Assembly (NCBI RefSeq): GCF_033153115.1
Contig: NW_026889801.1
Coordinates: 10,974,001 to 11,038,000, forward strand
DNA length: 64,000 nucleotides
Reading direction: 5' to 3'
Source of the DNA: Saccostrea echinata
Taxonomy: Eukaryota
Positions 22,701-35,983 of this stretch are shown here, in pieces; the stretch's first letter is position 1, and every line of letters begins with the position of its first letter. The position numbers and the translations under genes are program-made. The notes under the pieces are model-generated. The model was not told the DNA's origin. It made no database searches and was given only the letters and a program-made list of their open reading frames with translations.

Positions 22701-25700
22701 AGTTTACTTTTTTTTTTTGAAAAGGGGGGGGGGGGGTTCCCCTGTCAACAAATTTTTGGGTTGGATTTTTTTGGCCTAGGGTGGGACCCCCCCCCCCCCC
22801 CCCCCCCCCAAGAAATCCCTGTATCTGCACCTGGGAGGTGTGAATGTACTACAGGAGTTCAAGGGCATGCCCCTTGAAATTTTCAGATGAATGAAGCAAA
22901 ATTCTGCATTCTGAGAGAAGAGGGGGGATCATTTCTTGAACTATCATTAATAAATATATTTTAATTGTATAAATGCATTTTTAATCAGGAAATTTGCTGT
23001 AACTAAAAGGGCCATTCGACATTTTTTTGCTACTGTTTACCGATAGTTAAAAACGTATTGATAAATCCCTGTTTACATTATAATCATTGATGAATTACAT
23101 TCTCAGTTTTATAAAGGTTGAATAAAAAAAAATATGTGTCCATAAAAATGAAGGTTGTTAGATTTTAGTCTTACTGTAGAGTCTTTAGAGATAACAAGAT
23201 TCATTAGACATGTTAGAATTGTCATTGTAATATACATAATAAAGGTTAACTTTTAACCTGTCTCTTTAGTCTTAACATTCTAAGAAACATCCCCTCCCTC
23301 AACACACTGATGAGTGAACATGAAGATGAACAGAAATAGGGTTTAGAAATGTCAAGAACCAGAAAAGTCCCAAGTATTTTTTTTTCATCCATATAGATCC
23401 CATGTGGGCACACTCCCAGATTTCTAATTTGCTTGGCACAAAAGACAGGGATATGTATACCTACACAGTTTGTGTCAATAAGTGATTAGCTTTGTAGCTG
23501 GATATAGTCCATCACTTCCATGTTATCAGTTCTCCAGTTAGAGAGGGGCTCTTTCCTTATCACGTCTATTCAAACAAGCTCACTTTCTTCTGTGGATTAA
23601 TCAGACCTTCAGGGATACAATAATTGTTTCAACAATCTCAATTTCTTCTCCTTGATTGAAAAGGGAAAAATTCTTTATAAGAAGTTAGAGGAGATAGGTG
23701 TAAGGCTAGACTCACCTTTTCACTATATATCTTATCATAATATGTTTTCAATTAAAAAATGCGAAGTCAATTTTGCAAGGTTCATTTGATCAGAGTTACA
23801 TGGTCGGTGATCAAAGCTATATATGAATTATTCATATTGATCAGTAATTGAAAAATAAAATTGTAGTTGTAAACAATATTCTTGTCATAAAACTTTTTTT
23901 CATTATTAATTATTCTGGTCATTATCATGAAATGTTTAAATTTATAAAAAAAGAACTGCACATCTGATTTTCTATAGACTGTAGACTTGCTATATATGAA
24001 GTGCTTTCTTCATTATACTGTGGTATGGCACAGAAAACATACCTCCAACTGTCTGCAAGATTTCTTTCTTTTTTTTTTTTGTTTAGCTTTTTGTTTCTTT
24101 GCATTCTTTTCTATTTCCACAAGAATGCAAACACAGGCTTCTTAAAAATAGTTTGGAATAGTTTTTAAACAAAACTGTGGAGCAATAGGAAGCCATTCAC
24201 ACAAAGTTTACCTGTTTGGTCATTTGGACCACTGCTTCAGTAGCAATTCTTCAAGGAGAATCATTAGAAGTATTTTTTTTGGGGGGGTGGGGTGGGGGGT
24301 CTACTTTCATGGATTTTATGGGTAGTGCATGTATTGCCATAGTCTACAAAGGGAATGGTATAGTAGTAGTTCTTACATTTCAAAGTTTATTTCAGCTGTG
24401 TTTAATATTTAAATCTTAGGTGCTTGGGAGTCAGAAAGTTCCATTATTATTAGGATCATTTTGATCACTTTAAGATTAGCAAGCATTAAGAGCTGTTTGA
24501 ATGGGACTTTAACATGATATGTGATGATCCTTCCCAACATCATGAAACAAAAAGTCCTAATGTATGTAGCCTGGCTACATCTAAATGTAATCATTCATTT
24601 TTATGCTCCCTCCACACAATTTCTATTTTTCTATCTTACCCATGCCTTGTAAGATATTGAGGAATTTGTGGTATTCATACTGAGGTTAAATTTGTCCTAC
24701 CTTATGAACAAAGCCTAGAGGTGTGATTTCATTATTTTGTCATACATGTCTCGACTAATATACATATAGCTAGGTGAAGGTTATATTTTGAACATTTATG
24801 GATTTAGAACCTTTCATTATTAATGTATTCTTGCTGTTGATTTAATTACAAATACCTGTCTTTAAGGTGAAATATACAAATTAACTTAAAATTACAATTT
24901 CTTGTTTCTTGCAATTGTACATATTTTGATGCTCCTGTATCAATGTGATTATGCAAACCTCTCTAAATCTTTCTGGAAATTTACATATGATGTTAAAGTT
25001 TTCTCGTTTTATAATTTATTTAGATGGAGGGATTCTGCTGGGAGCGTCCGGATTAACAGGGAGGTACTGGTATGGATCCCTATGGTACTACTCAAATCCA
25101 GATGGTGCTCCAGATGTGGAGAAGTGTACAGCTGGAGTTCAGCTGGAGGCCGGATTCAAGGAGGCTGTTTGGCTGGATGACACAAAAGTCCTGGTGGGAT
25201 TAGACACGGGTAAGTGGTGGATCTAGGTTTTCCATTTACCACTATCTTGGTAGTCAAAACTATAGAGAAATGAAAAGTGATAATTATATTTATACCAATT
25301 TTTTGGTGGCATAATTTATTTAGCATTCCAAGTACTTTGTATCTCCCAGAGAAATATTTCAGTAAAAAAAGCACCCGTCCAGTACTTATCTGTGTATTTC
25401 GTTGTTTGAATATAGAATTCTATTACCAAGATTATGAAGGCATTTCCAAGACTTGAAAAAAAAACCCAGCGAAATGTTTTCAAATACCAAATGTTTCCAA
25501 ATACCATTTAAATGTGTGTTTTAAAATGAAAATATCTGATCAAGACTATTTAAAATATGTTAAAGGTTACAAAAGGTGAAGGTTTACTGAAAGTAAAAAA
25601 AGAAACTTGAGTGTAAAACAGTCATTTAACGAGTCTCTGGGGAGGTGCCAGCTCTGATAAAGAAGGATTAGGCTAGGCAGGGCATAGTACAGAACTAATT

Positions 25701-28700
25701 GTCTCTGTATTAATGGCATGTTAATTAATCGTGGCACTTCATGGACACATACATATAACCGTTGATAAAGAAGGGGACATTTATTCCAACAGTGTGTTAT
25801 TGTGTCTGAGTAAATGTCTGTGATAAAATTTTGAATCAAAATTATTCTATTGAAATATACAAATTTTGAATAGTAATGTAGGTGGTAAATATTGGGGACA
25901 AAAATTTTGAATGGCTTTTTGATGAGAATTTGATACTTATCTGAAGATTTAATTAGACTACTGCCAATACAAGTTTACCTGCAATTAGGAATTTGCAAGT
26001 TAGGAGAATTTATAAGGGGTTTGGGGTGGGGGTAGGGTGAAGGGATTAGTATTATATTTAGTTAGTTCTTGAGCACAGGGCATACTATGTATTTATGTTA
26101 AGGGGATTCATAGTAATCAACATATTCTAAAGCTATCTTTTTCATTGTTGTAACTGTAAAGTCTAATTTAAGATTCAAGGTCACATTCAAATGATTAATT
26201 ATCTGGTAAATTACAGTCATGATCACGATGAATAAAAATTGTCAAATAATTGAAAAGAAGATTTCAAAATTCATCAAAATCCAAACAATGTAACCTGGTA
26301 AACTTTTTATTTGTAAAACAAAAATTAAAGCATAAAAGTGTTCTAAGAGGAGATTGAACACAGTGAAGGCAAACAAATGATCATTGTGCAAGAGGAATAC
26401 ATTGTCTGCTAAATTTGCCATCTGTTTTATTGTGCACCTAATCTACAGAAAAAGCAAGCAAATGAGTTTGATCAGAGTGTTATTCTTGGATGTCTACTTC
26501 ATGTTCTATTTCTCTGTTTTTAGGTCCCCCACAACAAATTGTTTGTTTCCTCTTACTTGAAATTGACAAACTTAGTAGAAGACACCTTGTTTGATTGACT
26601 CATAAATTATGTTCTTTGTTTAAATGGGTTGATTTTAGGATTATTATTTTGTTCAGAATATATTATTTTGTTGAATATGTGAAAAGAAGAGGGTTTTTAT
26701 ATTCAGGCCTCACAAAACTATTACATATTACCGGTGCATGTACGGAGAATGTATGGGATGTAGTGTTATTTGCAGAGCAGCCATTATAATTCTATCTTTG
26801 GTGACCACAAAACTGAATGAAGGTGTAGATTACATTTTGAAAAAAAAAAAAAATCTGGATTTTATCAAAGGATGCTACAAGAAACAAATATGTATTTTTG
26901 TTTGACCTCAGACAGTAAAGCACTTGCAGTATTACACATTTTATCTTCTTGTTTCTTCTAACTCTTGATAATGTAAAGTGTTGTCCCTTTTCTTTTACAT
27001 CCTCCTTACTGCAGTCATATATGTCCCAGATTTAGTTAGTAATCTCTCAGATGTCATAGTGTACTAAGTGTAGACATGCTGTGTAAGAAGGGAGAAGAAT
27101 TTAGTAGTGTTAATTGGAAAATCAGACTTGGAGTATTTACAAGATTTGGAAGAAAGGGAAAGGGGGGGGGGGGTAACAAAATGAATTAATAAACCTGATT
27201 TCACCAGAAAAATATCAATTGTGCAAGGTCCTTAAATTACTTACTTATGCCTGCTACCCTTTTTGGGGCATAGGCCGCTGACAAGATTCCTCCAGGCCTC
27301 TCTATCCTGTCCTTATCTGTCCTTAAAATATCCTGACATTTTTAAAGGAAAAAATTAGTAAGGAAAAAAAAACCCACACACAGGTTTAAAATTTTCATCT
27401 AAAGTTCATTTTGAACCCAGGTGCAATACATGAGAATTTGAAAAATGGTCATGCAATGTTGCATGTCTTTGTTACTGTAGGTGGCATTGCCGTATGGGAG
27501 TTGGTGGATAATTTACACACATTTGTCCACTTGAGTGGAGCGGTGGAACATGATGACCTTGTGACCTCAGTAGCTGTGGTCAGTGGAGGAAAGAAGGCTG
27601 TCTCGTGTGGAGCAGACAGATGGTTAGTGGATCTTACCTCTTTTTATTAAGAAACCTGAAAACAAGTATTTCAGAGCCAAGAGTTCAATTTATCTGGATC
27701 ATTTTGAATAGTTATGAATACCAATAGCAATGAAAAAAGGAATTTTCATTACAGGTAGTGAAATGTTATGTTTGTTTAATGTTGATGTTAATTTTTTTTT
27801 CAGTGTCAAAGTCTGGGATTTAGAAAACATGCACTCCACAAATACCTATAGAGGTTAGTCCTGTTCTTTCAAGCTTAGTATATTGTGGAGACATACCGTA
27901 ATGTCACGTGTAAAGGCCGCACTCTTGTAATGGACACACCATGGGGGAAAAATCCGAGAAAAAAGCAGTTCCTATAGATAAAACGCACCCCCAAAAATGC
28001 AAATATGGATGTATCTCTTTTTGTCTATCTTGTATTTTCACAGCACAACTAATTCAAAGAAAAAGTTTAAAAAGTTAGAATATTCGTAGCATTTCAAAAA
28101 CAAAAGTAGGATACAACCTTTATTTTTCTTAGCAAATTCAGTTTACATATAAGCTTTATTTACATGTATTAAGTTTAGTTTGTATTTTAATTGTTATTTG
28201 ATTGGTATAAATTAAAAGCTAAGTCCCTAACTTTTTTTCTATAACCTCAAGCATGTTGAGATATTGTGCTGAAAATGCATTCCAAGTACATGTACATGTG
28301 TTTATGTAAACAAATCATCCCAAGCATAATTAGTGTCACACTTATGTATATAAGTGATACCAGGTAATTAAAAAGGTGTGTAAAACATCTATTGTTAAAT
28401 AAACTTTGCTGATTACGAGCATAGGGGCTTGTCTTCCGGATTGCTTAATGTAAAATAAATTTTAAAAAATTTTTGAATCTACTTTAAAGACACTTAAAAG
28501 TTGTTACAATAAAGATTCTGATACTTTCAGTCAAGAAAAACCACAGTGATGATTTTCCTAAATGTTGATGCGTTTGTCAGTCGTCAACACCAGTTTAATC
28601 TATGTCTAGAAAAAAGGGGGTTGAATTTAGTTCCTATGTAATGCACGCACCCAAACTTTTGAACAATTTTCTGACAAAAAAAGTGCGCCCAATACACGTG

Positions 28701-31700
28701 ACTTTACGGTATACTTTTTGCTTTGGGTTTATATCCATTGTTTTTAGAAACACCGCAGTGAATTAAGGTTTATTGTCCATTTGTTCACTCATATTAAATT
28801 TTGCCTTAATGCTAAATGAGTTTCCAAAAGAATTCTAATTTATTATTAAAATGCACATTATTTCAGCATTCCTTGGAGATAATTTGATAGAAATGGTCTT
28901 TTAAAATGACAATATAGAATTATTCCAGTAGGAGAGTTATCTCTCTTATCAAAGATCAGTGAACCTTAACAGACAAGAAACTGCAAATTCAATCTGAGCA
29001 TAATAAAAATTTCCTCAGAAAATTGCAACCAAAAAAAGAAAGAAAGAGAATGATAATCAAAATCAAAGATACAAACTGTAGAATGATGATATGTTTGAAT
29101 AGAAATTAATGAAGCATTCTCTGGAGGAATTCTAAATTCAGTGGTGTATTGTATTTCAGCTCACCCTGATGTGGTGGAGTGTGTAAGCTGTCATCCAACA
29201 GAACCAGCTTTGTTTCTGTCATGTTCTGCGGTAAGTTGGCCGTATGGATGGTTGTTTACTTAAGATGTGTACTTCTGGAGAAAGGAACAGTTATTCTCTG
29301 TGAACAGAAACAAGGATAATGGCATGCTCTTGCATGGTTCAGTGATTTAAAATTGAAAAATTAAATTAATCATGCACCTACATGTATACATGCCATTTTT
29401 TTTAAAGGATAGATAGAAAACTTTTGTCAGAATTTAATAGAGATCTGCATGCACTTATAATAAGGTTTTAAGTCTGACACAGCTAAATAAAATACATGTA
29501 CAAACTAGGGAAAGCTCGATGATGTAATGAAAAAACTTGGAGATATCAGGGGATTCAAGATATCCAGATTAAAAATATTTAAATAAAATGTGGTTCGGAC
29601 TTCCTATGCAAGGTTTATATAGATATCAAAGTTCAACTGTACTTCAAACATGATTTTAGATACAAAATGATATTTTTGTGATGGTTGTACATGTAAAATT
29701 TGTTTTTCAGGATGGCAGTGTATTTCTTTGGGACACACGTAAATCCAGACCTGTGACAGATATAGGTGGGTTCCCTCCCTTTGTAGTTCCCGTAGCTAGA
29801 GTAGGTGGGTGTAGGACAGCAGCTTTGACTAACCAGTAACAGTTTAGTAACACTGAACAGGAGAAGTAACTAAACAGAGTTAACTAATCCAGTTACAACA
29901 GAATTTTTTGTACTTTAACATAACTAACCCACTAACACTAAAAGTTGCTTATTACACTTAACTACACAGATGTGTTAAGGCAGTACCCAGATCAAATTTC
30001 AGCGAATTTAGACTTTCTTTTCGTAATATGTAACATTGATAAATCGGAAAAGCCATAGATAAAACATTTACTATTATTATCAATTGTATAGACGTCATTG
30101 ATTCTTAGCCTAAAAGAAGCACTTCACCACGACGCCTTCACGTGACGTCTATAAATAGAAAAATTGCCTTAATGAAAAAGTGAAAAGTTCAACACTACCC
30201 CGGAGATAATTCATTTCTTTGAGTGAAAATGATTATGTAAAAACATCACTGGGTCATGAAAAGTGCTGCTAGAATCCTACACTCCCGACACAGAAAAAAA
30301 TATTCCAAAGTTTCGCATGAAACCTTACCAAAATTTTTACATTTTATACATACGATCAAGGAATTGTTATTAATTCATGTTAACCACACGATTCTAGCAG
30401 CACTTTCCAAGTACTATTAAATACAAGCTTTCTATACAAACAAAAATTATGTTTCAAAGTATGCGGCGTAGTGTTGAACTTTTGCATCTTTGTTGTTATA
30501 GAAATGTGACCGAGTGATATAAAGATGGAAATGATGATGGTTTCTATATTTATTCACATATCAACAAGGTGATTCTACAAAAAAAAATTAAAAGTACGTG
30601 TAAATATATACAATTTATACAAAGTAATGCATTACATTTGACAAGTAAATACATATTAAACTTTATTGCTCATAATCTTAGTCGTTTATTTACTAAGAAA
30701 AATTCTAAACCAAAGTTATTGACAATTAACATTGAATAAAATACCTTGTACGAGGTGGTAAAGTCTACAGACAGGAATCGCCAGATCTGCAGTAATTTGA
30801 ATTTTAGATTTGGCTCGCTTTTATCACAAAAGAAACGATCTGATTTGATATTTCATTATGATAATGGCCATTGAGAAATCATAGCCAATAGTAAAGCAAA
30901 GAAAGTGTTCACCAACTCGATCCACCTGCGCACACAAACTAGCTTAACTTTTATTCTCAATGACATAGTTAATTTATTTGGAATAGAAACATTTATTCAA
31001 AATGAGAAATTGTAATAAATATATTTCATATATATAAATCTGCCCACAGAGGAAAGGCTGATCGGGATTTCAAAGCACTGCTTGTGTCCGTCATAAGAAA
31101 ACATGAAAAGAATATATCAGCGTACCTGATTCTTAATCTTTAATTCCTTACAAATCACACATAACATTCATGGTATATGCTTTAAAACTCCCATTTCATA
31201 TATTTGTTTACATGAATTCTCGTCACCTTTAATTTCACCCGGCAAATATTTGATCAATAGTTATGACGTCATGGGTTTGGTATTTAACCCCTGTGCTAAA
31301 TAATTAGCTATTTATACCACCCAAAAACGACAAGATTTAGTTTGTATTATGTTTTGAATGATTCCATTCATTTCTTGGACCTGAAATTAAACTTTTAATA
31401 TAGATATTAAGAAATCATTATTTCTAAAGTTCACGTCATACAGCTTACTATGATGTCATATTGTAAAGGCAAGTAGGATATCTCTGGGTGTAGCCTTAAC
31501 ATACCCGCGTAACCCTGTAACAAAAGAATTTATTATGCTTTACACAGCTTACCCAGTAACACTTACAGTCACTGTAACAATAATTACCAACTCAATAAAA
31601 AAAGTCACAGAAATGGTACTCGGTTAAAAGAGACCTTTGAGCAAAGTAAAACATGTTTGATCTCTCAGTGATCTTTGGAAAGCTTGAAAAGTCTGTTTCT

Positions 31701-33707
31701 GTGGAATGTGTTAATGATCAGAGAATTTTAGGGAATAAGGATATCACTGTGGTAGATCTTGCACCAGTCTCCAAGATCTTTAGCTCTCAATAGTCTCTCA
31801 AGTAGAGTTTTCTCCTATAGATCTCCAATGCAGTCTCCAGTAACCTCCATTGATCTCTGCAGTCTACCAACGATCTCGAGAGCATCTCTACCTTAGACAT
31901 TCAAAAAATTTTGTTTTCTGTTGAATGACCTGAGAGAGATCATTGGGAGATTCAAGAGATCATAGGCTGATCTTTCTGTGCTCTTCAGGTGATCTTTGGG
32001 AGTCCTTTGATGAAGTCTGTGATCATCGAAAGACTTCTAGGAAGAGTAAAAACTTGCAGAAAGAGAAACTATGGAGACCTGTGGGAGATTACTGAAAGAT
32101 CATTACGATGACAGGGCAACTGTTGATCATTTAAAGATTTGGCCAGTTTTATACCCAGTAACTACAAAATGAACAGAGTTTACAAGCAATTCATCCAGTA
32201 ACTACAATGTTAACCGAATTGATACTCAAACCCAAATACCTAACTGAATATTGATCGTATCTTGTAATATTGAGTGTTGAATTTATTTATACAACTTGCA
32301 ACTAGATAATCGACAAACTTAAATCAATGAGCTTAATTAATTCAAAGTACCTGTGCTTTTCTTTTATTCTTTGCTGTACATTGTTACAAGTTATGCCAGT
32401 CATTTTAACTTTACTTAAATCCTTGTAATGAATTTATTATAGAAAAAAGTTTATCAAGGGAAAAAACATTGCAATTTCTTATCAAGAAAAAAATAATGTG
32501 ACTTGAGCAGATCAGATTAGAAGAATCATGAATAATCTGTGATTGTAGGGTTTTTGACATAAATTGCACAAAAGTAACATATTTTGATATCATTTTTTAC
32601 GTGTGATAAAATGATAAATTCATTGTCCCTTATATTTTCTGTAGATACCTCCCCCCTTCAACATTCCCCCAAACAAGTTGTATGGCAACCTGAGTCACAC
32701 AATTTTGCTGTCGGTGGGGAATGTGGTCAGGTGGTTGTCAAGGATACCAGGAAAGCTGTGGGAGCAACGTTGTCTTTCAGCTGCCATTCTCGAGCAGTCA
32801 CAAAATTATCATTCTGCAAAGAAAAGTAAGTCAACAGGTGCTTCTTCTGAAATGGCTGGATTTCATGGCTAATTCCATCAAGGGGAAGTAATCTGATCAA
32901 ATCTTTTCTTAAATTTGAATTCATGTTTAGGATGGGACAAAGAAGTCGTATTTTTTTCAATACAAAACAGAACTTGGTGTAAACTGAAGTTTAAAATTGT
33001 GATTTTTTTTTTTCCAGTCCGAGTCTTTTAGCCTCAGCTTCAGAAGATTGTACAGCTGTAGTGATGTCCATAGACAAGGAGACTGGTCGACAAATGTAAG
33101 TCATCAAACAGGGTGTCTAAAGGATATCGTATGAAACATTACAACGTAAAACTTGTTTTATTTACAAGTTTTGCCTAAAGGATATCTTAAAAAACTAGAG
33201 CTACGTCGCAGTGTAAACTAAGTTTGTTTACAATGAGGTTGACAGTTTTATTTGAGAGATTCATTAATTTAAATAGTGGACATCAAGCTTTCTTCATGTT
33301 AACTGACAGATTTGTTTTCCGATTACTTGTATTTCAGTGTGGTACATGTAACCTTGTTTTGTATGTTAATTATTTGCTGATTGTCTTCATTAAAAATTTA
33401 GACTCTATGAAATGTTTAACCAGCTAGAAAAATCTTTCAATTTTTAACAATTTTATGTTTCAGATTCAGGGACACAACACACACAGATTTCGTGACCGGA
33501 CTAAGCTGGCAAGGAAGTGAGAAGCTCTATAGCTGTGGATGGGACTCGAAAGTGAAAAAACACTGTGTTTCTAATTGTGAACAAACTTCAGAGGACTGTG
33601 TTGTTGTCAAAATGGAGACGGACAGTATAGCTAATGATAGTGTTAAAAAGATAGCCAACATTTCACTAGTTTGTAATGGGAATGGTGCTGAAGTGGAATC
33701 CACATGA
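19690..33707 (+). CDS. WDR77: Methylosome protein 50 / WD repeat protein 77, spliced, ~354 aa; join(19690-19747,25024-25209,27481-27622,27804-27853,29160-29230,29711-29765,32645-32825,33018-33095,33464-33707)
   Basis: Continuous frame across 8 GT-AG introns. The N-terminus PAAMDRHLD...DGGILLGASGLTGRYWYGSLW resembles MEP50. WD repeats include EHDDLV, VKVWD, LWDTR, LASASED and HTDFVTGLSW. Confidence 0.94.
25024..25209 (+). CDS. WDR77: WDR77 exon 2
   Basis: TTTAG acceptor, GTAAGT donor; DGGILLGASGLTGRYWYGSLW. Confidence 0.93.
27481..27622 (+). CDS. WDR77: WDR77 exon 3
   Basis: TGTAG acceptor, GTTAGT donor; EHDDLVTSVAV. Confidence 0.92.
27804..27853 (+). CDS. WDR77: WDR77 exon 4
   Basis: Poly-T CAG acceptor, GTTAGT donor; VKVWDLE. 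Confidence 0.9.
27896..28709. mobile_element. Tc1/mariner-pogo-like MITE in WDR77 intron 4
   Basis: TA|CCGTAATGTCACGTGTA ... TACACGTGACTTTACGG|TA. Confidence 0.8.
29160..29230 (+). CDS. WDR77: WDR77 exon 5
   Basis: TTTCAG acceptor, GTAAGT donor; AHPDVVECVSCHP...FLSCS. Confidence 0.9.
29711..29765 (+). CDS. WDR77: WDR77 exon 6
   Basis: TTTCAG acceptor, GTGGGT donor; DGSVFLWDTR. Confidence 0.9.
29979..31495. mobile_element. TTAA-flanked non-autonomous element (Kolobok- or Crypton-like) in WDR77 intron 6
   Basis: TTAA|GGCAGTACCCAGA ... TCTGGGTGTAGCC|TTAA imperfect TIR; it interrupts a TAAC-rich repeat. Confidence 0.65.
32645..32825 (+). CDS. WDR77: WDR77 exon 7
   Basis: TGTAG acceptor, GTAAGT donor; VWQP...HSRAVTKLSF. 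Confidence 0.9.
33018..33095 (+). CDS. WDR77: WDR77 exon 8
   Basis: Poly-T CCAG acceptor, GTAAGT donor; LLASASEDC. Confidence 0.9.
33464..33707 (+). CDS. WDR77: WDR77 exon 9 (last coding exon)
   Basis: TTTCAG acceptor; HTDFVTGLSW...SCGWD; TGA at 33705-33707; AATAAA at 33952-33957. Confidence 0.92.
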
Positions 33708-35490
33708 TGTGAATCTACCTCGTTATACATGTACTTGTGTTCTCGTGATTAGAATTTCTTGCAAAAGAATCAAAATTGTCACAGGTTCTACTCAATTTAT
33801 TAGTTGTTGTATTTTTGAAAATTCTTCACAGCAAGTTTTTGATGTGGCATATGCTTGTTGTGGTGTTTTACATGTGTTAAGTCGTTTTCATAAAAGAATC
33901 TCGAAAATTCAATTTTCATTGAGTATGTTGAGTATCATATCATTATTGAAAAATAAATACAAAGGATACCATATTGGACTGTAAACCTGACTTGATCTTT
34001 TTATTTCATAAAAATATATTTAATTACATGTAGACACCCAATTGTTTGAACCTTGGTAAACCATCATCTCTACATGATAAATTCTCAGGTCACCCTTCAA
34101 ATCCTGCCATTTCTGGCAGCTGGCTGGTTAAGAGGTTTTACTATATTTGAACATTATTTTTTTGCAATAATTGGATTGTACATACTTTAACTCATTAAGG
34201 ACCCTTTCTACACCAAAGGAAACAACTTTCTGGACATTGAGAAAACTTGAGAAATTGTAAAGTAAATATTGAGCTTATCTATAACATTTTCATCATAGGG
34301 TACCTCACATTTCCCCCCAGGATAAATGATCAAAGAGAATGAAGTACTCGTGAACAGATATCACTGTTGTTTACTTAACTGGGCAAATACCTGCAAATGA
34401 AGTGTTCAGTCTATTTCTTTTGGTCTAATAAAGTATTATGAATGCTTGATTTTTTTTCACAAAGAAACTGGGGGGATAAGCCGAGCCATATGCCTACATA
34501 ACGATCGATAAAAAATCAATAAATTCATTTTACAAAAATTTCACTTTTTGTTGAATTAATGTAATGCTTATTACCATTTGCATATAAAGAGCAAGAGCCA
34601 CGGACCATCAAAAATGGCCCTGTCTCAAAAAGTAACGGGGTTTTGTCAGTTGATAGTGTACACTTTTAGCTTTTCTTTGCCGTTTTTCTTTTTTGAATAT
34701 CGATTATATTTTTTTGAAAAAGAGAGTTTGAAGTATGACGGTGTTTTAAAAGAAAATGCTAGTAGAACGTCATTTTTTGAAACGTAACGTCGTAGGGCGG
34801 AAAAATAACCTTGAGCGATTTTACATATGTGATTTTGAATTAAAATTCGTATCAATTGGAATGGACATTTGTCTTACTAATAAACTTCATAATTAATTTA
34901 AGACAATTAAGAGCAGTTGGAAATTGATGTCACATCGCAGTCTTGATGGCAACTGCGTTACACTCTACCTGGTCCCTATTCTATTATAATTTTTAAGAAG
35001 GAACATTGTATTTCTATCCCTTGAACATATTTTTGTGCGATGCATCGCTCCTAGTTACATGTACGCATTGAGTATTAAACATCGTTAAAAAAAACATATG
35101 ACTTGCTTCAAATGACGATAGCCCGTCCAACTTAGTTTTCCGGACTTTTTCCAATATTCCTGCAAATATTAAGCTTATATCTTTGGAATGCGCGTCCATG
35201 CACGAAGTTTGTTTTTCAAAGTGGGGAAGGGGGCAGTCAGAAAAAAATAATAAGATACTTGAAATGATCTTAAAACGAATGTTTCTAAACTGAAGAGCCA
35301 CAATGTAATTCAATAACTGGATCTATAGATGTAATTGCAAAAAAAAAAAAAAATGTTGAAATGGAAATAGACTTTTAATCCGAAATTCTTAGATCCTGAA
35401 CTTGCGAGCATTTTAACATATAAAAGATCTAAATGATTTGGAAAAACGGAGGAAGTAAAAAGTTGGAAGGACTTGTTTCTAATCCATTTA

Positions 35491-35983
35491 CAGTAAAACT
35501 CAGTTATAGCGAAGTTCTGGAGAACTGCGAAATTACTTCGCTATATCCATAATTCGTTATATCCGTATAACAAATTCCTTAAAGTATACATAGAGATTTC
35601 GCGATATGTTTTTTTTCCTTCAAGTATGGCTAACAAATGTACATGTATTTACAGAAGTATAAAATACAACATTTACTTTGGAGTTCAAAAGTTTTCGGAT
35701 GAATTGAGTTTCAAATATGATTACTTACAAAATTAATATATCAGTTCAATATTTTAAAAATTTAGATCTTTGAAAATTCGCTCTAAAAGATGTACATTTC
35801 TTTATTTTTAACTTCTGGGGGACACAAAATTAGTTCGGTATAACCGTAAAATTGCTATATCTGAATTCGATATAGCCGTAAAATTTTACACGGAATTGTT
35901 AGGAATTTTGCAAGGGATTGCAAAAAACTTTGCGATAGCTGTACATTCGGTATATCCGTGTTCGTACTAAATGAGTTTTATTG
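35491..35983. mobile_element. Tigger/pogo-like MITE
   Basis: TA|CAGTAAAACTCAGTTATAGCGAA ... TTCGTACTAAATGAGTTTTATTG|TA, with internal TTCG.TATA.CCG repeats. Confidence 0.75.
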
